Positions 52,479 to 64,000 of a DNA stretch of 64,000 bases are shown here, one piece after another (within the stretch, counting starts at the first letter, position 1; each line of letters opens with the position of its first letter). Source of the stretch: Camelus ferus (Eukaryota); assembly GCF_009834535.1 (NCBI RefSeq), contig NC_045696.1, positions 42,720,001 to 42,784,000 of the forward strand, given 5' to 3'. Both the position numbers and the translations under genes were made by a program. Below the pieces are notes generated by a model. That model searched no databases. It was given only the letters and a program-made list of their open reading frames with translations, and was not told where the DNA came from.

Positions 52479-53754
52479 TATGAAGCAGTTCTATTACTAG
52501 ACAGCTTTTGCTTTCAACCCTTTTAAACCTCATGAAGCAAGGAAGTACATTACCTGCCCGTGCCTTGAGTTTGAAGGTGTATGGAAGGCAAATGGAGTTC
52601 ACATGGACACACACACTATGGTCTCAATAAATTGCCTTGCAAAATCTGGGGAGAAATATGATACTGTAGATAAACCCTGCTGACTTAGCATTTCAATGAA
52701 AATTCTGGAACAATAATGTGAAAAAAGCGATCATGACAGACTCGCTTTCTAGTGGTACCTACATCTATAGTCCCAATTTAGCTTCCCATTTATCTACACA
52801 CTCATGTTGTTGGGATTTCACAGGAACTTTAGAATCTTTTGGGGTGGCCGTTAAATAGTTGATGTAATGGAATGCGTTGTATGTGGTAGATGCTGAATAT
52901 ATAAAATTATTCTTGGATGATGATTTGATAATGAAATGGAAAGACAATTTTTAAATTATTTTTCATCTAGAGGACAAGGTGAAGAATTCAAGTTTATCTA
53001 ATTGATGTATGATACTCAACTGATCAGTTAAAATTCAGTGTAATATGGCCAAAAAAGGGAGTACTGAAATAATAATAAAGACTCTTGCCTTCTAGTTAAG
53101 TCTTGGTCACCAGGTGGACAATCTTGAGAAATTTATTAACCTTTCTGTTTCTGTTTTCAGAACAATAAAGTAGTGAAAATCCCGTATTTTCTTATTTACC
53201 TTATATGATTGCTATGAAGACCAAGTGAGACAATGTTGAATGTTGGGTCTTAAAGTACAAAGTGACAGAATAATGTTGTAAAATCTTTACCTACTTAAGT
53301 ATGTAAGAAAGAGGCAAAGGGGATGTGTTTATTATGTTAATATACCAGTACTTTATATCTAATTTAGAAAGACAAAGAAGATGATTTAGATTCTTTTTTA
53401 ATCCTACTAAACAGGGTGATTATGAGCTTACTGACCAACTAAGGAATAAACTTTTCTGTTGACTAATTTAAAAAATATCCTTTGCTAGGAAAACTGTCCC
53501 AGGGTTCTATGCTGATGCATTTTACTCAATTCTGGAGTAAGAGGTAATGCCAATCTGAATCTGAACTGATGTTAATGTGATAAAGTGGCTGGTTGTGTGC
53601 CATGGCATTGTCTAGACTATAGACTATTGTCCCAGGTTACCACAAAGAAGTCACTACTGGGAAAGTATAGATCACATATGTAATTTAGTTTCTATTAGCT
53701 GAGATAACAAGATCAAGAATATCTGAGATGTTATATCTGTCATCTTAATGCATG

Positions 53755-54080
53755 TGTGATGGTTAATTTTATGTGTTAAGTTGGAGGTGTAGCTGGGTGG
53801 GATAAACATTTAAACTGATGAACTCTGAGTAAGCAGATTTCCCTCCATAATGTAGAAAGGCCCCACCCAATCAGTTGAAGACTTGAATAGAACAAAAAGA
53901 CCATTCTCCCAGAGCAAGAGGGAATTCAGCAGACTGCCCTCAGACTTCATTTGTACCTAGATTCATCTAGAGCTCCAACTTGCCAGTCTGCACAGCAGAC
54001 TTTGGACTTGCCAGTATCTATAGTCACATGAGTCAATTTCTTATAATGAATCTCACATACATCTGTATATCTGTATCTAT

Positions 54081-54121
<41 letters not shown>

Positions 54122-54190
54122 TGCACACACATAACACTATACACACATCCTATTAGTTCTGTTTCGCTGGAGAACCTTGACCAAAAAATA
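53755..54190 (+). mobile_element. MLT2 (ERVL) LTR with internal (CA)n
   Basis: Starts 'tgtgatggttaattttatgtgt', contains 'caatcagttgaagacttgaatagaacaaaaag', and ends 'tcctattagttctgtttcgctggagaacct'. Confidence 0.88.
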
Positions 54191-54749
54191 TAGCGTATAT
54201 CAATTTTTAGACATGTAGTGAAGAGAGATACTCTGTTTATCAGTAATATAAATGAAAATATCCTACTTTACTCATTCTTAATATCAATGCTTCTTGACCA
54301 GAAGGACTTCTTCAGATGTACCAAATTGAAATGAGAAAGGAACATATTATATTCAATATGCAAAAGAAAAAAGTACAATGAATGTGGGTAGAAAAGGCAC
54401 AAGAATGTAATGTAAATGTAAGTGAATGTAAATGAGAAAGTGTGTGAATTCATGGCCATTTTCTTCTCAGAATGTCAATACTGATATAACAGGCTACCAT
54501 CTGAATTAACTACTGAGTTACCTAATTAATGTGACTATTTTTCAGAGATTATTGTGTCAAATTCTAAATAAATCAATAACAAATACAGAGATCTTAAAAC
54601 CCCTGGTTATGATGTGAATGACCTTTGGAGAGCTAGAGAGATAAGGTAGCTTTATATTTGTTCAATATAGCATTGGAATCCTCCTACCAAGGCAAGAAAC
54701 AGGAACTTCTAAAGCCTCACATCAGGATACTTTTATCACAATCAGGCAA

Positions 54750-55430
54750 GCTTCTCACTGAGAGCCTACAAGATATTAAAATTTAGAATATTAAATATAC
54801 AATCACATACAACACCGTTTCAATACCATTAGCTTCCAATAAATCAAATTTGCAGGGATTAAAGTATCTACTTATGATGTTTCAGTGAGAGGAAATATTA
54901 AAATTCATGAGTATTCTAAAGGATACCATTACTAAAGCAGAACAGATTACAGTTCTGCCAATGAAGAGCTGGAAATTTCCAATAGGCCTTTACCATGAAA
55001 TTATCGGAAATCAACAGGGAAATAAATGTCTTCATTAAAAAACTGTAGATTTAACTTGGATGGTTATAGAAGATGATGAAGTTAGAGAGGTAATTTAAAA
55101 ATAGCTGATATCCTTTATAGCTACTAGGAAAGAGAAAATACCAGCAAAGAGGTTAAAGAGAGCACAAAGGACATTTTAAAATAGTTTAAGGAGAACAAGA
55201 TCTAAAAAAGATGAAACAGACTCTTCTAGAAAAAGTTGGTTATAGAAGCCATAGAAATTGTTGAATAATAATTAGATTTAGAAATAGCAGTAATTTATAG
55301 TAGAGAGAATATTGAAATTTTGTAAACTATTGTTAAATTCTTTATAAATTATAAAATTGAGAAGCAGTATGAATCTAGAAACAAATAAATCAAAAGAAAA
55401 TACTTTACAAAGCAATATAGGATATTAAAT
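54750..55430 (+). mobile_element. Degenerate old L1 ORF1-region fragment
   Basis: A-rich; 'gaaacagactcttctagaaa...tagattagaaatagcag' resembles an ORF1 coiled-coil remnant. Confidence 0.4.
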
Positions 55431-58400
55431 ACTCACCTTCAGTAAAGGTATCTCTTTATGAAAGATTTCCTTTTTTGGTACTGACAACAAAATATTTGAA
55501 TTTAGAGATAGAAATGTTCATTATATTCAGGAACACTGTAAATGTTTTTATCACAAGCTTTTTTTTACAATTAATATCATAGAAGCATGATAAACTTTGG
55601 GCTCAAGCTGCATCAGTCAGTTAAACTGACAGATTAATTTGTCTTTTAACTTAAGCTTTCTTGCCCATATACTCTACCCAGGAGGTGTGGCTAGTACTTG
55701 GATTCATGGTGGCAGATGTTCATAAAGGAATCTTCTGGGGATGGCTTTGTTTATTAGGTTCTTCTGCTTTGGAATATAGGAACAGTAATAATTAATGAAT
55801 AGGTGTAAGCTGTTTCTCTCACGGTGTAGTTCCTTTTAATTAGCCCGGTACTTCATTAAAAGCATGAACCTCAAGATAGTCTTGTGAGGTCTGCTTTTTA
55901 CTTATCCCCTGCAATTACCCATTGAGAGGAAGGCCTCTGTATAGAGAAGTTCAGGATGGTGACTGATTAGCACAGAGCAGGTGATCACAGTTCGGGAATC
56001 AGCCATGAGGACACACAGCGCTTGAGAACCCTTCCAAGTCCAACGGTTGAGAGGGATATAAAATGATGCCTTTCCTCTGTGATGGATAGCAGAGAAGAAT
56101 AATCCTTGCAAAGGGGGATATGCTGTTGTGTCTATTACATGTATTTGTCATACTTGTTTTTTAATCATTCTTTCATTTTTACATATGTAGGTCACTTTTA
56201 TTTGTCAGTGCTAAAAAATTCAAGAACATGGTTTTGTTCATTCGATTTTTGTTCTTTACAATTTCTGCCACTTAGTTTCCTTGAGTTTCCTTATATCCAA
56301 AAGAAAAAGTGAATACGTACGTCAATGGTTGATTTAAATACTACATTCCGTGTGTTGGTTTGTGTGTAAGTGTCTAGCCCAGGCTACCACACAGCAGATA
56401 GTAAACAAAATTTCTTTCCCTAGCCTACCTTACCATTACAAAATGCTACCGTTAGCAGCTTGGAACTGAACTTACTTTAAGTGGGGTCTAATCGTTACAG
56501 GAGCCAGGAGGGTTGTTACCCTTCTGTACGCGACACTGTCCTTAGGTTAGTATCACCTAAGATTTAGTTAGATTTTTTCCTCCCATATTGTTGGCTTATA
56601 TTGAACTTGTATGTGTCTAAAACCCTCTATATTTAACTCTTGTGAATGGCTCAAGCCAAGCCTTGCCAATAAATTGTTCAATAAATTCCTTTTAACAGAG
56701 TATCTTCTCCCATTTCCCTTACCAATAATTTCTTTACACAGTCCTGTTGCCTTCTGCTCCCAACAGAAGCCTGTGTACTTCATGAAGCTCTCCTGGGATC
56801 CCATTTAGCCTGCAGAGAAGAGAAAATCTCTGATTATCTAATGGTGTTGGAAAGTCAATCAATAAGCAACATGGATTTAGTAACAACAAATAAAGCCAAG
56901 CACTAAGGCTTTGGTGTTTGTTGCTAAACGAGTGGGATTCTGAAAGAAAAGCATTTCTTTTATACTAGCTATCAGGGAGACTTCTTTAAAAAAAAAAAAA
57001 AAAAAGACCCAGTCTAAGGCCAAATTACATTTAATTGTGGATATTTTAAGTGATGAGACTTAACTAAATAAATAATTGAGGCAAGGATTATTTATCACTG
57101 ATTTAAAAAAGAATAATATGTTTAATTATGAGGAACACTCTTGGACAAGTGGCTTGATGTCTTTGAGCACAGCTAAAAGGGAGACATAGTGATTACTGGA
57201 GGCTAAAAAAGCATTACTATAAAGAGAGAGGAAATTAGCCAAAAACTTCCAGACTAAAGAAAGAAGACAAAAAAAAAAAAAATCCACTATAATAGATACT
57301 GAGGAGGAAATAGTAGATACTCTTTTATGACTCCAAAATGAAATGCAAACATGTAAAGTACAAAATTTGCTGTAGAAAAATTTTGAAGTTAAGCATTACA
57401 ATTAATCTGAGCATTCGGTCAAGAACGCAAGGAGATTCCTATCAAGAGTGCAGAAATGCCCCCTCTTTGTGAGTGAAATCATCACGGAAGAGATTGGTTT
57501 ATGGATGTCAGTGTGCTGGTAAGCTCCCTGCCCCTGCATTTGCTTCCCTTAATTCTCTTAATCTCTGGCTTCTTAAAGATACAGCCACTGAAATTGATTT
57601 CTATAGAAAAATTTTAAGACTCCCAGTTCCTGGTTATGTCATTATATTTAATAAGGAGGTTATATTTACCTATGGAATTACTTAGATTTTTGTTTTAGAA
57701 AACCGTGGTATACTTCAATTATGGTTTAGGCTTGGGTTCTTCTCTCTAGCCAGGATCCCTACCCTTAGGGGTGTTATCCCATCCAAGGATCCCTGGAAAG
57801 TTGAAGCAAAGGGAAGCCATTCCTAAGGCATTCTGTGGAAACCTTACCTTGGAAGGGATAGTAGAATTAGAAAACCAAGCAAATTAAAAGTAAACTCATG
57901 CCTTGCGTGTGAAGGGCACAGTGAGGATGGATGCCAGATCTAGTAGCAGGACTGGGCAGTGAGTGGCAGGGATGAACAAAATTTGGGTTGCTCAGAAGGA
58001 AAGGTTAGGTGTGGTAGTTCTACATTGGTCAGCCAAGAGTAAAACCCAACCATTGCTTTTAGATGTACTTGCTGCTGTTGTGGAAGCTGTGTGTCAGCTT
58101 AAAGCAACTGTATGCACATCTTTGGAGAGTTTATACCCATCCTTCATTGTTTAAACATATGCTTCTTTTTCACCAGTCTGGTGCTAGCAAGTGAGATTAT
58201 GCCCCATTATTTCCCCACGTGGTTAGTAGGTGGATTCATACCTGATCTCCTTCTGGGAAATTATCATCCCTTTAAGTATACCTCCTGGTAAAAATCTTCC
58301 ATTTTCTCTGATCTGGTCTCATCTCTTCTAGTTTTGCCACCATCGAGCTTTTTCAGTCACCCAAGCACTGCTGGCCCAGGTGATCAAGCTCTTGGCTAAA

Positions 58401-59498
58401 CAAAGCAGCTCTTTTGATGCACTGTTTTCAGCCATTCATGGCTTACAATTTCCATCTAGTCTCACCTGTTCCTTCTCACTCAATGTATGATGTTCCCTTC
58501 TGGGCCATTTGAACTCCCAATTCTGCTTCCTCACCCCAGACACTATATGGCCTTGATGAAGGCAACTCCACTCCCTGTGTCTCCCTGCAGTGCAAGTTAG
58601 GCCAAGGCTGGATTTTTAACAAGACTGATGAAACTTTGCAGTAGCAGACGATACATGGAATAGCTTAAAATTTGTCAAAAAAAAAAAATTACTTCTACTT
58701 ACTGACTTGTTCAGACCTCTTTTTCAGGGTGTCTTCCCGGCTCCTGTGAGGATTCCCTGTGCTAGAGGGGGCAAACTCAATCCCCACAATAGGGATCTCC
58801 TGAGATTTGTACATCTCAGTTCTCATACATGTGCTTTCCTTGTGTGCCTCTGAGAAATGCAGGACTCCTTCTCCTCCAGTCTACCTCTAATTCTGTCACA
58901 GGAGACTGACACACTCTTCTCCAGACACTTCCCTGGATTTCTCATGCCCATTACTGTCTTCACCAAAGGGGTGTGGAGTGACTTTTATTTCCCACACAAG
59001 TCAGTCATCCTATTCTGTATTTATCAAAACTGAGTCTCTGAATCCTAAATTATGCTATTCATTGTGTTTTGGTCTAGTTTGGAGCTGTGCCAAGTCCATG
59101 GCCATTCCTTTACATATTTTTTCCGTTACATGAGATGAAAGTAAGGTCACAACTCTGTTATTCTCAGGACAAAGTCTGATCTAAGGCATTAATAGCCATG
59201 CACAGTCTTCCTCAGAGAGATATATACCAAGTAGAGATGACTTTCTAAATCCAGATGTTTGAGAGGAAAATAAATTGATAATTAGATAAAAGATTTCTCT
59301 AACTCTCTATGGGTACTGCTCTGCTAAGGAAGCCTATTAAAGTTAATAGACCAAAGATCAAACCCTTCTGTCTCAAGTTTTCCTCAAGAAGGATAGAGAA
59401 GGATACATACGTGTAAATTGAAGGGTTCAGTTAAGTGACACCCAGGCAGATCAAAGAGTGGTCTTCCCTAAAAACAAATGCCATTTCTATCCTCGAAT

Positions 59499-59535
59499 AT
59501 GGCAATCTTGCATGATACCACTACACCAGCGGTGC
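59499..59535 (-). pseudogene. Tailless retropseudogene of the 5' half of tRNA-Gly (CCC-2-type body)
   Basis: Minus strand GCACCGCTGGTGTAGTGGTATCATGCAAGATTGCCAT versus recalled tRNA-Gly-CCC 5' sequence GCGCCGCTGGTGTAGTGGTATCATGCAAGATTCCCAT (35/37). Perfect 18-bp direct repeat TTTCTATCCTCGAATATG at 59484-59501 and 59538-59555. No poly-A. Confidence 0.88.
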
Positions 59536-61290
59536 TGTTTCTATCCTCGAATATGAAGGGAGATTTGTGACTCTCAAAATGTCAGTCTTCCAACCTCAGC
59601 ATTGAAAGAGACATTCTCTGTCCCGTGTGTCATTATAAGAATATTAAGGAACTAAGCACAGAGTATTGCGAAGACTGAGTCTCACTCTTTCTTAAGAGGA
59701 AATATTGACTCAGTAAGACCCTCCTTTGGATTTCGTTCTCTTCCTGAATGTGAATATTGTGTAGCTGCTCTGATTATTTGGGACATGCATGGGGCATGGT
59801 CTCAGTGGTAAAGTTTTAATTATTTTAGTAAATGTAGAGCTCTTATAGATTTATGATGTTTTCTTATTGGGCCATGGAAAGAGAGTTACATAGAAAAATC
59901 TGAAATTTTTCCTCCCAGAAGTAGCTATGCTATGAACATTTATAGCTATATCTATGCTATATACATTTATAAAATAGGGTTGTTAATTTTTATAGTTATA
60001 TTTTTGGAATCCATTAGGACTACTTTGGGAAGTAAATAGATTTTCTTGGTGTTGACTATAATCATGACGTCATTAGAGGTTACTATCTCCTTTGAGATGC
60101 ATATAAAATTGATTTGCATCCTATATTTTATGTTCAATAAGAAATCCAATGCTTTCCCCAACATTTCTGTGAAGTCCCAGGAGTGTGCATTTGTGCAGTC
60201 ACTTCTAATTCCAATTTCTGGTTCATTCTGAATTTAAACTACCTATTTGTCACTTCTCCTAGCTGCTTTCTCCATAGTCTACTCAAATGAGGAATATTTC
60301 CCGCGTCTGTAAGTTCTCCCATGTACCACTTACAGAAAGCGTTTATAGAAACAACAGATTATACTGAATATTTAGAGTTAAGGGGGTGTGGGAGGGGACA
60401 TGGCAATAATGTATAGCAGTCCACATAAAAACTACTTATATACTCCTTTTTGAGTTCTTTTCTTATTACCCCAGCTTGTAATAATAGCCAGAATTTCTGA
60501 TTGGCAAAATGTCTCTGGGGCACTGCTGGGTAAATGGATTTTCATGTACAAAGAATTTTGTGAAATAAAATAGAGAAAATTATTAATCAAATGTAATTAC
60601 ACATGGTAAATTTTTATACAGCCCCTCTGATCATTTTCATTTTTATTCTTATTAAGTTCTTAAAAGTTTGGTAGTTTTTCGCAGGCTAACTTTTGGTAGA
60701 AAGATGTATCTCAGAGATCAGCACATTTATCTGTATCAAATTGTATCAACTAGAGTTCTTTGTTTTTCTTTGTGGCTCTTTTGTGTTTAATAATGATGTG
60801 AATTTCCCCATGCCAAACTTTCCAAATCTAAATTTTGTACAAAAATTGATTTTTCTAACAATTTTTAGTGAGTAACATGTTTTGATACGTGCATTGTTGT
60901 CAGTTGTCAACTTTTTATTTCTACCAGAAATATTCATTTTAATTTAAATAAAGACAGATGGAATTTAACATTTAATTGATAACATTTTCAATTTTAATTA
61001 ACAGCAACCGTTATTGTTTAATGAATTTAAGTAATATAAGCCTTTGGTTGGGAAGTTCTGTGCATTGTGGTTTCAAGTGAAATGGGAAAGAAAGAGGGTG
61101 AACACAGAGGACACACAACCAGAGGTGGAGGAACAGAGAGGTGGGTATAGAAACAGGATCATCAAGTAATGTGGAGATTTGCTATTTCTTTTTGGCTAAA
61201 TGACTCTTATGCTGTGCATGGCTGTATCAGAATTCCCCTAAGACCAACCTGTCAATGTCAAAGGATGAAATGAAAAGCTTTCATGGTCTT

Positions 61291-61371
61291 ATTTTTTAAT
61301 GGAAGTATAGTTGATTTACAATGCTGTGTAGTTTCTTATATACAACATAGTGATTTGTGTATATATATATA

Positions 61372-61414
<43 letters not shown>

Positions 61415-61794
61415 TTTTTCAGTACAGGTTATTAAAAGTTATTGAATATAGTTCCCTGTACTATACAGTAGGCCTTTGTTGTTTATTCTGTATATAGTAG
61501 TTTGCATCTGCTAATCCCAAGCTCCCAGTTTATCCCTCCCTGCTTTTCCCCTTTGGTAACCTCAAGTTTATTTTCTATTATCTGTGAGTCTGTTTTGTAA
61601 ATAAATTCATTTGTGTCATTTTTTTAGATTGCACATGTAAATGATATCATAGAATGTTTGTCTTTCTCTGCCTGACTTACTTCACTTGCTATGATAATCT
61701 CTAGGTCCATCCATGTTGCTGCAGATGGCATTATTTCATTCTCTTCTTGTGGTTGAGTAGTATTTCATTATGCATATGTACCACATCTTCTTTA
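61291..61794 (-). mobile_element. 5'-truncated lineage-specific L1 3' end with TSD and internal (TA)n
   Basis: L1 3' UTR motifs, with a 16-bp TSD carrying one mismatch: TTCATGGTCTTATTTT (61280-61295) / TTCATGGTCCTATTTT (61795-61810). Confidence 0.92.
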
Positions 61795-63019
61795 TTCATG
61801 GTCCTATTTTAGATCTTGCCTCCATATGACTCTTTGCTCACCTCTGTTCTCACCCTGCATTCCAATCTTTGTGAGACTTCCTGCACCCTACAGTTCCCAT
61901 CTCCAGTTAAAACCCTACGATTTCTCACCTAAAGCAATGCCTTCTGCTAGATATGGGACCCTCTATCTTGGAGAGAAATCATCCTCTTCCTTAGGGGCAG
62001 AATTAACTACCGAAGGTTGTGGTGCTCTTTGGCTGAGTTAGATACCTTGGTTTCCTTCCCCTCTGTGCTTGTTATGCCGGGAACATCTTTGTTTCTACCT
62101 CCACCCCCCAGTGCTCTTTGCAAGTTCTTCTCTTGTTTCTAGTTCCATTAGGCTTTGTTTTCTGTAGAACAGAAGATTTCCATTCAGGAGCCTCCTCACT
62201 CTACCACAACCAATTCCAAATATGCCTACTGCTTGAGGGCATTTTCAGGGACAGAACTAGCTCATAGAGGTGATTCTGAACATCTCCTTGCAGGTGGTCC
62301 TGCTCATATTATACCACGTGTACATGTTACTTCACTTGCGTGTAAGGCACACAGGTGATCCTTAGAGATCCAAACCTTTGTGAGAGTCAGTAGAATGTTC
62401 TACACTTGAACATTTATTTGACATAAAAATATATTAGAATGTGCTTTAATGCTCTGTTTTCGCAAAGCTAAGCATTTAAAGTATAATCTTGTTTCTTCAG
62501 TAAGCCTGATAGACATTGCATTTTCTTAATATTCACACCAAATTGAGCAAATGAAAGAATTTTACCTCATCTGAAACATCCTGTTAAGCTTATGGTTATA
62601 TTTAATGTAAAATATCTGTGTTATTGTTGTTTAAAGCACAGGCACAGATTTGAGTGGGGAGATTTATTTATCTATTTTAAAGTCATGATGTAAATCTAGT
62701 CAACCATACTTTCTTGCTCCAGGCTCAAGCCTACACACAATTTTTCATTAAAATATTATTTGAACCGAGGACATCTGCAGTTGTCTGGAACATATTTTCT
62801 CCAGTACTTGATTTTAAGCTCTCTATGCATACTGGGATTCCCTAAAAAATTCTGTGGCGTGTTTGAGTGTCACTGAGCAAACAACAGCTATACCTACACA
62901 AGAACGGTGCCGATCTGAGTGGGTCATACGCCAGCTTTATTAAGAGCATCTTCAAAAAATTTAATTACTCTTATTCTGTTAATAATACTGTTCTCTGAAT
63001 AAAGAACTTCTCTATTCAT

Positions 63020-63480
63020 AATACATGATTTATTATGAAATGTCTTAAGCATAAAGAAAAATAGTGAAAATAATGATGAATATCTACCATCACCCAGGTT
63101 TGTCAAATCTTGATATTTTGTCATGTGTTCTTCTGATACTTTAATTATATTTTACATTTGACTCATACTTTCAACTATCCCTTCTTCCATTTTCCTCTCC
63201 TTCTTTCCAGAAGAAACTGATATCTTTGTTGTTTATCAAAACAATGTATGTTTACACTTTAGTTACTTATGTGTGTATTCTGAATTGATACTTAATATTT
63301 TTAGGTTGTTAAAAACATGTAAATCTTATCATAATATAAGTTAGTTTTTCTTCACTTGTGCTTTTTAATATTGTTTTTCCTGTTAATATTGCAGGTATAA
63401 TTTATTCATTTTCACTAGATAAGGATTCCGTTGTATGAACACAGCACAATTGATTTCCCCTTGTCTTGTTTTCCCGACTT
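63020..63480 (-). mobile_element. Old L1 (L1ME-like) 3' end
   Basis: 'ttattatgaaatgtcttaagcata...accatcacccag...ttcattttcact...ttccgttgtatgaacacagcacaatt'. Confidence 0.6.
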
Positions 63481-63524
63481 TTTGTTTTTCATTTTCCTAG
63501 CAGTTACACTTTAACAGGGCTCTT

Positions 63525-63615
63525 TGACACAAAAACATGTGAGCCTTAATAAATGATTACTCTTTGAAGCCATTGAGATTTGGAGTGATTTGTTACTCAG
63601 CAACAGTGCTAATTC
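63525..63615 (+). mobile_element. MaLR (MLT1) LTR 3' fragment
   Basis: 'acatgtgagcc..aataaatg...aagccattgagatttggagtgatttgttactcagc'. Confidence 0.6.
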
Positions 63616-64000
63616 CTTCAGTTGAAAGTAACAGACTATGTCTTCTTAATCCCTAAAGTACTTTCTATTTGTCATTGGATCCATGTTCATAGTGTTTCTG
63701 ATCATAGTTACTGAGGATCTCTATCTTAGTTTACCACTGAAGTTTCTGTTCTTTGAGCGCCCTGGAATCCTCGTTTTAATTGTTTATTCCCCTACACCAT
63801 TTGTTCCTGGCTTGGCAGTGGAACAGTTATTTCATTTCTAAACTAAGTGAAACAAATTAATGTTAAAATAAATTTCGTCTGTGTTTCTCTTTTCTACAAT
63901 AGCCTGTGCCTTGTTTTCATTTAAAACCAGTATACCCAACACTTCTTCACTGAGTTTTTCTAGACTCAGTGTAGAAAGGGCCTGTTTTTGGTCCTTTTGT

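Noticed and set aside
1..64000. Prokaryotic-type systems (CRISPR, operons, defence islands) or camelid immunoglobulin VHH segments
   Set aside because: This is mammalian repeat-rich non-coding DNA. I saw no repeat-spacer arrays, V-gene frameworks or RSS heptamer-nonamer pairs.

Overview
AT-rich mammalian genomic DNA that looks intergenic or deep-intronic. A tRNA-derived Vic-1-type SINE at ~44.7 kb and several related 5'-truncated L1 3' ends point to a camelid (alpaca/llama/camel). I cannot support any intact protein-coding gene: the ORF track is mostly chance ORFs or repeat fragments. The window is dominated by interspersed repeats. These include old and lineage-specific L1s, L2, MIR, MaLR/ERVL/ERV1 solo LTRs (two with perfect 4-bp TSDs), a Gypsy-type LTR, and hAT and Tigger MITEs. 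The most notable items are: (i) a tailless retroposed 5' half of tRNA-Gly flanked by a perfect 18-bp target-site duplication (59484-59555); (ii) a GC-rich 5'-truncated processed pseudogene of unidentified parent (~43.7-44.4 kb, minus strand); (iii) a PBX/HOX/MEIS motif cluster in repeat-free DNA (~5 kb); (iv) two strong CTCF motifs in convergent orientation. Repeat family names come from recalled consensus sequences, not from a RepeatMasker run, and boundaries are approximate unless TSDs are quoted. I found no convincing novel multi-gene system.
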